DNA of 32,000 nt from Anaerosporobacter mobilis DSM 15930 (lineage in GTDB: Bacteria > Bacillota > Clostridia > Lachnospirales > Lachnospiraceae), in assembly GCF_900142955.1 (NCBI RefSeq), contig NZ_FRCP01000006.1, positions 232,583 to 264,582 of the forward strand, written 5' to 3'. Under the pieces are notes generated by a model, which saw nothing but the letters and a program-made list of their open reading frames with translations, was not told the origin of the DNA and made no database searches. Below are positions 8,762-15,382 of this stretch, piece after piece. The translations under genes were made by a program, and so were the position numbers. Within the stretch, counting starts at the first letter, position 1. Each line of letters starts with the position of its first letter.

Positions 8762-10313
8762 ACTCCTTCCTTACAAATTCAATATTCGAAGTAAAGAAAC
8801 TAGCCTTATCTCCACCAGATACAATCTGAATGTTCTCTATCATTTCTTCGCTTAATTCCTTTGACATAACAATTTCAAAATGTAACTTCCTATATTTTTC
8901 ATTCTCTGGTGACCGTAACATATCGGAAATAATGCCTTCAAGGAACGTGTCAGGTTCTTTCTCGATTTCCCATATGCGATATTCTTTCTTCTGGCATAGA
9001 TGCACTAAGAACGAATAGTAATCACTGTTCTTGAAAATCTCATCAAAATATTTCACTTCAAGCTTACGGTTAAAAGAAACCAAATCAAATTGTTTCTTTG
9101 CAATTAGCAACTCAAATAAGGTTCTGGCAATTGATATGAAATTGCTCCTAATACGTTCGTCTTCTTTCTCATCTTCATATGCATACGTAGTTATTTCAAT
9201 TTCTTCTACTTTCTCAGCCTGTTCTTCTGCACTCTGCGGATACGTAGTAAGTTCATCGATACTAGCCAGATTCCAGGTCTTTCGTATATTCGGTAATAAA
9301 AGCGGTTCAATCATGGCTTTTAGTAAACTCGTATCTTGCTTCAAACGGATCTTAGATTCATAATCTCTAAAATCAAAAGACGCTCGTAACCTACCTAATT
9401 TGGCAGTTCTAAGCATCTCATCCGCTTTCTTTTGCAGGTCCATACAATCTACTAGTAACTCATTGTGTTTTCCAATCGCTTTTAACAGCTCCTTCTCTAA
9501 CTCATGTATCTCTTGTAGAGATTGTATATAAGAGTCTGTTTTCCCATCTTCGTCATTACCTAACTCCGCTTTTTCTACCGCTTTACGAATCAATTCTGTA
9601 TTCTTTGAAAACAACCTTTGTTCTTCTTCAAACCATTTCATCCCCGTCTTCACGAAACTATCATAGGCTTTCATACCTTCGAATACGTCATTACTTAGTA
9701 CTTGAATCACTTCATTCTTACGAAGGCTAAGCATATTCACTTCATGATTAATACGACGAACAACTTGAATTCCCGATCTAAAATCCTGCGAACGAATCAT
9801 CTTCTCTAATAATAGTTGTTCAATATTAATCTTACTTTCATCTTTAATTTCCTTCGTATCAAGATAGAATTCAATTGCATCAGAAGTAAGGGTATATGTA
9901 ACTTGATCCCCCTCTAACTGGCTATTAATTAACTTTACACGAGTTACATTCTTCTTACGCGTGGCTGGATCATAATAATCCATATAGAACGGTTTTCCCT
10001 CGTTGTGAATCTTATCGAATATATATCCAATTAATTCCTTAGTCTCTTCAGATAATGAAGGTATACCAAAATCTCTTTCTAATAACGAGGCCAAAAAAGC
10101 AGCATATCTTGCATATGTCACTTCCATATTATTAAAATTATTCTCTTCTATAAAAAAGCGTAATACCGCCATTAGCACATAACCCATGTCGATATCCGCA
10201 TATTTCCCTTCTTTATACTGTGTGAGGGAGTACTCTTTAATTCTAAAAAACGGGTAGTATTTCTTTAGATTTTGCATACGTTCATAATGAAAATCTACAA
10301 CTTCTTGTATCAC
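8751..10313 (-). CDS. Putative kleisin-like MukF/MksF/JetA subunit (function inferred from position, size and architecture)
   Basis: 520-aa ORF with a GTG start at 10313 preceded by AGGGAGGG (6-nt spacer). It has a globular N-terminal region, a central coiled-coil/acidic linker (EEQAEKVEEIEITTYAYEDEKEDER) and a globular C-terminal region. It is the first gene of the triad, as with mukF/jetA. Confidence 0.55.
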   Translation of the reverse strand: MIQEVVDFHYERMQNLKKYYPFFRIKEYSLTQYKEGKYADIDMGYVLMAVLRFFIEENNFNNMEVTYARYAAFLASLLERDFGIPSLSEETKELIGYIFDKIHNEGKPFYMDYYDPATRKKNVTRVKLINSQLEGDQVTYTLTSDAIEFYLDTKEIKDESKINIEQLLLEKMIRSQDFRSGIQVVRRINHEVNMLSLRKNEVIQVLSNDVFEGMKAYDSFVKTGMKWFEEEQRLFSKNTELIRKAVEKAELGNDEDGKTDSYIQSLQEIHELEKELLKAIGKHNELLVDCMDLQKKADEMLRTAKLGRLRASFDFRDYESKIRLKQDTSLLKAMIEPLLLPNIRKTWNLASIDELTTYPQSAEEQAEKVEEIEITTYAYEDEKEDERIRSNFISIARTLFELLIAKKQFDLVSFNRKLEVKYFDEIFKNSDYYSFLVHLCQKKEYRIWEIEKEPDTFLEGIISDMLRSPENEKYRKLHFEIVMSKELSEEMIENIQIVSGGDKASFFTSNIEFVRKEYVD

Positions 10314-10395
10314 ACTTATCCCTCCCTAATCTAAAATGCTGCCCTTTATCATACCATATTTCTATCAAACTGCATATAACAAAATGTGACAAGAC

Positions 10396-10442
10396 ATAAT
10401 AAAAAGACAACTATTATCGCATTCCAGTCGATAAAAATTGTC
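10396..10442 (-). terminator. Rho-independent terminator after the 779-aa gene
   Basis: Minus strand reads GACAATTTTTATCG-ACTGGAATG-CGATAATAGTTGTC, a 14-bp stem with 12 Watson-Crick pairs and 1 GU pair, followed by TTTTTATTAT. It lies about 75 nt after the stop at 10517. Confidence 0.6.
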
Positions 10443-10516
10443 CTCTTATTACCAACGGATGTTTCAACCCGCTAGGCTACTACTATAGTAAACTTGCATA
10501 TTTTAAACCAATATAA

Positions 10517-12856
10517 TTATAACTCATTATAGTATGCTCTCGTCTCAATTAACTCTTGCGTTAATTCTATACCTTCTTTTTCTAACGCTTTATAACGAAG
10601 GTCGATTTCATGGATCTTCTTACTATTCTCTCTGTTGAATCGCGTCATGGCTTCTGCGAATAAAGGTTGATTCATAAGACGCTCGCGAATTGGTTTCTTG
10701 AATGGGCAGTACATGGCAAGTAATTCTCTTACATACTTATTCAAGCGTATAGCACCCTTTGATTCATTCTTAATCCAATTCACATAATCAATAACAAAGA
10801 TTTCTCTAGAATTACTCTTTCCTTTTTGAATCTGCGACTTAATTCTCTCTTTTGTTTCTGGTGATAAATCACGATTCTTCTTATAAAACTGAATATAGTC
10901 AACATACTCTGATGTGAGTGATTTGTATTTGATATTATTCCAAGCAGTTCCTTGAATACTTCTGCAAAGTTCCCAGTGAAATCTTCCAAAAACCTTAATT
11001 AGCATATCCTCTAATTCAACTTCAGCAAAGCAAGGTAATAGGAATCGACCACTAGTGTCTCTCTTCTTACCTGAAATCTCTTGCCACATAACACCGTTAA
11101 TACCTGCTGTTGGTAAGAGAATAATATCCGGAAAAACTTCCTTTTGAATATATTCTTTCTCTATATTCTTTTCCGCATCATAATAAAGAGCTTCACGATA
11201 GAATACGGAATAATCAATCTCTCTTAATTGATTAATAACGTAATTAACCTTAGCTGCTGTTACATAGGTTGAGCGTAAACTCTTTACAAACATATCTTGG
11301 TGAAGAATAGGTATGAACGAATAAACTTGTCCATTAACAAGGCGATTATTACATTGGAACATGTTAATAATTTCATAATTTAACTTTTTGAGGGAGTCAT
11401 TTAACAATGCCTTCTCTTCTTCCGCAGACATACGAATAGACCTCTTCATTTCACGAATTGATTCTGTATAGTCTAAATCAAATTCACTCTTTGAAGGCTC
11501 CCTACGTCCTTCATAGATCTCAACCAACCAATCTCTAATATTATAAACTTTACATGGTATACTTTCATCTATCTGAGTATCTAGGTAATATAATTCTACT
11601 AATTGTTGTTTTGTTAATAATGTTTCATCAAAAAAACCATAGCGTAAGAAAAGATCAATTACTTTATCTGTATTCTTTTCATTATAGGCTCTTAAAAACA
11701 CAGTTTGATACATCGGATAAAACATCTTAGATATGCCTCTACGAATTGCTCTTGCTTCATCTGAGGAATCGTATTTATCTGTAAGGTTCCTAAACATGGC
11801 AACATATTTCTTAAGTTCAACCGTTTCGTCAGATCCAAGCTGTGCATACTCAATAATTTTTCTCATAGAGTCTTGTAACTCATTCATTACCTTCATCTCA
11901 TCGACTTCTTGCAACTGATCATTATCCGTATCCTTCTTATCGATTTCAACCGATGTCCCTGTAAGTAAAACAGAATATAGCTGTTCCATTCTATCGCGAT
12001 TAATATATAATGCTCTAGCAGTTTTAGTTGAAAGTAATTTCTCCGCGCTATTAATCTCTTCAATTATTTGATCAATTAATACATCTAGTTCCTCATTCTT
12101 CTTTCCAAGTTTATGCACTTCAATTGCAATATTAATTGCTTGGTAGAAGAGTGAATCCCCCGTCTCACTTATCATATATTCAAGTAATTGACTAACATAA
12201 ACTGCTCTTTCTCTTGTCTCTGTGATGTATGTAATAAAATCTGCCGCGATTTCATTAACATGACGTGTCGTAAGTGCTTCGCCGCAGGCAAAAAAGGCTT
12301 TCTGTATATCAACAGGTACTTTACTAAGCACGCTGTAATAGTCCATATTAACACGATTTCGTAATACTTCTGCCGGGAATGGCTCAAGAGTTTCTAAAGA
12401 GTCCATAGGATTCACACGAAATCCTACCTTCGCTGCTAACGTTTTGAACTCTGAATATGCATAACATAAAAACTCATACAACTTTTTTGCTTTTAGATCA
12501 AATTCAACATAGGTCTTACTTACCTCAACTAGATATCTTGATAAGCTAGCTACTAACAATCCTGAATAATCCTTATTCCCTTCTATAATTGCTTTGATAC
12601 TGTCCTTATTCGTCACCTCAAAAGGGAACAATACTACATCATCAAAAGCTATGTAACTACTAACAAATCTCCCCGCGTATAAATCAGTAACCCCTATAAA
12701 ACTTCCCGAACCAACCACCACTCTAGATCCATCATTCTGAATTAATACTCTCCCCTTAAGTACTAAACAAATGGTAGATAAACTCTCGTTCTCTCCATAG
12801 ATTTCTGTCCCTTTTATTAGCTGGTTGACTGTGTGTGGATTAAGACTCACTCCCAT
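10517..12856 (-). CDS. Large uncharacterised protein with an N-terminal cyclic-nucleotide-binding-like (CAP beta-roll) domain
   Basis: 779-aa ORF with RBS GAGGTG upstream. Residues about 10-110 (LIKGTEIYGENESLSTICLVLKGRVLIQNDGSRVVVGSGSFIGVTDLYAGRFVSSYIAFDDVVLFPFEV) fit the cNMP-binding beta-roll pattern. The phosphate-binding cassette looks degenerate: FIGV instead of FGE, and SSY instead of R[ST]A. I recognise nothing in the remaining 650 aa or so. Confidence 0.7.
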   Translation of the reverse strand: MGVSLNPHTVNQLIKGTEIYGENESLSTICLVLKGRVLIQNDGSRVVVGSGSFIGVTDLYAGRFVSSYIAFDDVVLFPFEVTNKDSIKAIIEGNKDYSGLLVASLSRYLVEVSKTYVEFDLKAKKLYEFLCYAYSEFKTLAAKVGFRVNPMDSLETLEPFPAEVLRNRVNMDYYSVLSKVPVDIQKAFFACGEALTTRHVNEIAADFITYITETRERAVYVSQLLEYMISETGDSLFYQAINIAIEVHKLGKKNEELDVLIDQIIEEINSAEKLLSTKTARALYINRDRMEQLYSVLLTGTSVEIDKKDTDNDQLQEVDEMKVMNELQDSMRKIIEYAQLGSDETVELKKYVAMFRNLTDKYDSSDEARAIRRGISKMFYPMYQTVFLRAYNEKNTDKVIDLFLRYGFFDETLLTKQQLVELYYLDTQIDESIPCKVYNIRDWLVEIYEGRREPSKSEFDLDYTESIREMKRSIRMSAEEEKALLNDSLKKLNYEIINMFQCNNRLVNGQVYSFIPILHQDMFVKSLRSTYVTAAKVNYVINQLREIDYSVFYREALYYDAEKNIEKEYIQKEVFPDIILLPTAGINGVMWQEISGKKRDTSGRFLLPCFAEVELEDMLIKVFGRFHWELCRSIQGTAWNNIKYKSLTSEYVDYIQFYKKNRDLSPETKERIKSQIQKGKSNSREIFVIDYVNWIKNESKGAIRLNKYVRELLAMYCPFKKPIRERLMNQPLFAEAMTRFNRENSKKIHEIDLRYKALEKEGIELTQELIETRAYYNEL

Positions 12857-12918
12857 TATATCACCTCGAAATTCAAATTTTATCCTATCATTATAGACTG
12901 TCTAAATATATTGAATCT

Positions 12919-12947
12919 ATTATAATGCAAAATGCGTCTAACATCAA
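12919..12947 (-). promoter_or_regulatory. Candidate sigma-A promoter for the 779-aa gene
   Basis: Minus strand: TTGATG (12947-12942), 17-nt spacer, TATAAT (12924-12919). It lies about 60 nt upstream of the start codon. Confidence 0.5.
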
Positions 12948-13008
12948 AGTAAATTTCTTACCTTTTGTAGAATTAGCGCGAATTTAAAGCGTTTTGGGAC
13001 TATATTCC

Positions 13009-13048
13009 TAAAAAAGAAAACAAAAAAGACCATTCGATTAAAATGGTC
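13009..13048 (-). terminator. Rho-independent terminator of the SRP RNA
   Basis: Stem GACCATT/AATGGTC (13028-13048), followed on the minus strand by TTTTTTGTTTTCTTTTTT. Confidence 0.7.
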
Positions 13049-13073
13049 TGCAAAATATCTATATTATATTAAT

Positions 13074-13336
13074 CCGTGCGCCTCGCTTCGAATATTCTTC
13101 ATAAACGTTACCTTTCTAGTTAACTCGGCCCAGGCACCCTTACGGCACACAAGAGGTTTCGCTTAGTGCTGCTTCATTCCTGACCTGACACGGTTCACGA
13201 ATTCCTGTTGCGTAAGACCCAGACGTCAACATCACTTTTAAAGGGCAGCTCTACAATAGAATACCCTCGGACAAGACATCACCCCTGCTGTAGCGGATTG
13301 CAGGTACAGGGCACCGCTATCTCCCCGGCTGCACGG
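13074..13336 (-). ncRNA. ffs: Signal recognition particle RNA, long Bacillus type with Alu domain (scRNA / 4.5S homologue)
   Basis: The minus strand reads CCGTGCAGCCGGGGAGATAGCGGTGCCCTGTACCTGCAATCCGCT... and later ...GTGTCAGGTCAGGAATGAAGCAGCACTAAGCGAAACCTCTTGTGTGCCGTAAGGGTGCCTGGGCCGAG... Together these closely match the B. subtilis scRNA 5' Alu-domain segment and the universal helix-8 motif (E. coli GUCAGGUCCGGAAGGAAGCAGCCAAGGC). It lies immediately downstream of tadA, as in Bacillus. Ends are accurate to about +/-10 nt. Confidence 0.9.
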
Positions 13337-13415
13337 AAATTTTATGACAAATTAAATATATCTATTATGAAATTATATGATTCACAGTAACAATTTGTAC
13401 TGCATTCAGATATTC

Positions 13416-13444
13416 AGTATACACAAATCCCTTGTACTTGTCAA
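13416..13444 (-). promoter_or_regulatory. Candidate sigma-A promoter for an SRP RNA precursor
   Basis: Minus strand: TTGACA (13444-13439), 17-nt spacer, TATACT (13421-13416). It lies about 75 nt upstream of the mature-like 5' end, which fits a processed precursor. Confidence 0.5.
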
Positions 13445-13463
13445 TATATTTTGACTGCTACAA

Positions 13464-13925
13464 TTATCCTTTTTTCTTTTCCTCTCGTAGTCTTTTGAAA
13501 AATTCCTTAAGCATTCGACTGCATTCCTCTTCCATTACACCAGTTTCTAATTCCACCTGATGATTAAACTGATTCATCTGCAAGAGATTCAGTACAGAGC
13601 CCGCACATCCAGCTTTCGGATTCATACTCCCGACAACCACTCTCTTAATTCTTGCTTGTACAATTGCACCTGCACACATCTGACAAGGTTCCAGCGTTAT
13701 ATACATGGTACAGTCCTCAAGTCTCCAATCACCAAGCACCTTACTAGCCTTTTTAATTGCTAACAATTCTGCATGCGCCAGAGTATTCTTATCTGTGTTT
13801 CTTCTGTTGTAAGCTCTCGCTATAATTCTATCTTCATATACTATGACGCAACCTATTGGCACTTCATCGATTTTATCCGCTTTTTTCGCTTGTTTCAAAG
13901 CTTCTCTCATATATTTTTGGTCCAT
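13464..13925 (-). CDS. tadA: tRNA-specific adenosine-34 deaminase
   Basis: 153 aa. It has the CDA-fold zinc motifs HAELLAI and TLEPCQMCAGA. Size and position next to the SRP RNA are typical of tadA. Confidence 0.9.
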   Translation of the reverse strand: MDQKYMREALKQAKKADKIDEVPIGCVIVYEDRIIARAYNRRNTDKNTLAHAELLAIKKASKVLGDWRLEDCTMYITLEPCQMCAGAIVQARIKRVVVGSMNPKAGCAGSVLNLLQMNQFNHQVELETGVMEEECSRMLKEFFKRLREEKKKG

Positions 13926-13969
13926 ATTTAGCCAACATGCTCCTTTAATCTATTCTAGTAGTTAGGAAA

Positions 13970-14013
13970 TTGCCAAACTCTTTGTAATGGCGACAAGGAA
14001 AAGAGTTTGGCAA
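13970..14013. promoter_or_regulatory. 14-bp perfect inverted repeat in the divergent tadA / radical-SAM intergenic region (possible operator or 5'-UTR hairpin)
   Basis: ttgccaaactcttt (13970-13983) pairs perfectly with aaagagtttggcaa (14000-14013) across a 16-nt loop. There is no flanking T-run on either strand and no gene ends here, so it is not an obvious terminator. Confidence 0.4.
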
Positions 14014-14108
14014 ATAATAAACGTACTAATCTAATTTGTTTATTCTAATTATATATGCTATTATAATAACATAAAATATACTGTTGTGAAAGGAGCACGT
14101 TTACTTCT

Positions 14109-14810
14109 ATGCAAATCCATGGATTCAACAAAACCACTTTGCTTGATTATCCTAAGCATCTGGCTGCAACTATTTTCTTAGGATGTTGCAACTTCCGTTG
14201 TCCCTTCTGCCACAACTCTTCTCTTGTACTATCTACAGATACACAACCATCACTTACTGTTTCTGAAGTACTTGATACCTTAAAGAGTCGTAGTAGTATC
14301 TTAGAGGGAGTATGCATTACTGGTGGCGAGCCAACCTTGTCTAAAGATTTGCCTGAATTCATACAAGTTATCAAGAATATTGGATTAAAGGTCAAACTAG
14401 ATACAAACGGTAGTAATCCACTTATGTTGCAGTACTTATTGTCACAGCAATTACTCGATTATATTGCCATGGACATAAAGAATTCCCGCGCTCGATACAT
14501 AGAAACAATTGGTGTCCCTGGATACTCCTTAGATGCCATCGATGCTTCAATCTCACTTATACAAAACAGCGGTATTCCATATGAATTCAGAACTACAGTT
14601 GTTAAGGAATACCATTCCCTAGAAGACATGCTGGCTATTGGAAGATGGTTAGAGGGTTCCAAGGAATATTATCTTCAGTTATTCTTAGATAGTGGAGATA
14701 TTCTATCGCCAGGTCTTCATGCACCTACCCAGGAAACAATGGTAGAATATCAAGAAGCTTTACAACCATATTTTAATACTGTAGGAATTCGTGGAATGGA
14801 AACGAATTAA
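14109..14810 (+). CDS. Radical-SAM glycyl-radical activating enzyme, NrdG-type (anaerobic ribonucleotide reductase activase family)
   Basis: 233 aa. It has the CNFRCPFCHN cluster motif (CxxxCxxC), ITGGEPTL and KLDTNGSNP. RBS AAAGGAG sits upstream. Confidence 0.7.
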   Translation: MQIHGFNKTTLLDYPKHLAATIFLGCCNFRCPFCHNSSLVLSTDTQPSLTVSEVLDTLKSRSSILEGVCITGGEPTLSKDLPEFIQVIKNIGLKVKLDTNGSNPLMLQYLLSQQLLDYIAMDIKNSRARYIETIGVPGYSLDAIDASISLIQNSGIPYEFRTTVVKEYHSLEDMLAIGRWLEGSKEYYLQLFLDSGDILSPGLHAPTQETMVEYQEALQPYFNTVGIRGMETN

Positions 14811-14830
14811 TAAAGGAGTAGTCTATTATT

Positions 14831-15382
14831 ATGAAGTCATATTATGAAACAGAACGTCTACAACTTAGAATAATAACAAGCTCTTACGCAGCTGAAGTAC
14901 TCAATTTTTATGAACGTAATAAAAATTTTTTTAACTATTGGGAGCCAGATCGCGTTCGCTTGTTCTACACAAAAGACTTTCAACGAGCAAATCTTGTATA
15001 TGAATATAATGAAACGGTTAAATTACATTTTCTGCGTTTTTGGATCTTTGAGAAGTCCAATCCTGAACATATAATTGGCTGTGTATGTTTTCAGAATCTT
15101 CAAAAAGGTTCCCTTATGACTTGTACCGTTGGGTACAAATTAGACCAGGATTATGTTGGATATGGTTACGCATCGGAATCTTTAGAAAAAGCCGTTGAGG
15201 TAGTCTTTAATGACCTCAATTTTCATAGAATAGAAGCACTTATTCATCCGATGAACGCTCCTTCCATTCACTTAATCGAGAAACTAGGTTTTGAATTTGA
15301 AGGCATTGCAAAATCCTGTATTCGTCTAAACAACAAATGGACTGATCATTTGCGTTACGCACTGATCAATCCATCTCATTAA
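14831..15382 (+). CDS. GNAT family N-acetyltransferase (RimJ/RimL-like)
   Basis: 183 aa. The N-terminus has the ETERLQLR motif typical of the RimJ/RimL subgroup, and the core reads GYGYASESL...FHRIEALIHPMN. RBS AAAGGAG; 20 nt after the preceding gene. Confidence 0.75.
   Translation: MKSYYETERLQLRIITSSYAAEVLNFYERNKNFFNYWEPDRVRLFYTKDFQRANLVYEYNETVKLHFLRFWIFEKSNPEHIIGCVCFQNLQKGSLMTCTVGYKLDQDYVGYGYASESLEKAVEVVFNDLNFHRIEALIHPMNAPSIHLIEKLGFEFEGIAKSCIRLNNKWTDHLRYALINPSH

Noticed and set aside
5229-9363. Plus-strand ORFs of 60-110 aa antisense to the SMC-like operon: 5229-5483, 6009-6218, 6092-6334, 6485-6775, 7351-7560, 8830-9018 and 9031-9363.
   Set aside because: They are Ser/Phe/Leu/Ile-rich low-complexity translations, as expected from reading Glu/Lys-rich coiled-coil codons backwards. 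None has an RBS, and all are fully embedded in strongly supported minus-strand genes.
10780-12387. Minus-strand alternative-frame ORFs at 10780-10989 and 12172-12387.
   Set aside because: They are embedded out of frame within the 779-aa CDS, are short and have no RBS.
10517-12856. Possible PD-(D/E)xK nuclease motif (FPD...WQEISGKK) or Toprim in the 779-aa protein, which would substitute for JetD.
   Set aside because: The spacing and residues do not fit PD-(D/E)xK, since there is no ExK, and no E...DxD Toprim pattern is evident. This is too weak to claim without profile or structure searches.
3501-13060. Flanking direct repeats, integrase, transposase or tRNA that would define the SMC-like block as a mobile island.
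   Set aside because: Only a 9-mer (atctatatt) is shared between the two borders, which is not significant in AT-rich DNA. No recombinase gene or tRNA is present, so no mobile_element feature is called.
13208-13390. 60-aa plus-strand ORF.
   Set aside because: It lies on top of the SRP RNA gene, and the region is explained by the ncRNA.
14040-14108. Possible NrdR box upstream of the NrdG-type activase (AT-rich ...ataaaatatactgttgtg...).
   Set aside because: It lacks the clear 16-bp ACACnAnATATnTnGTGT-type palindrome, and there is only one weak half-site.
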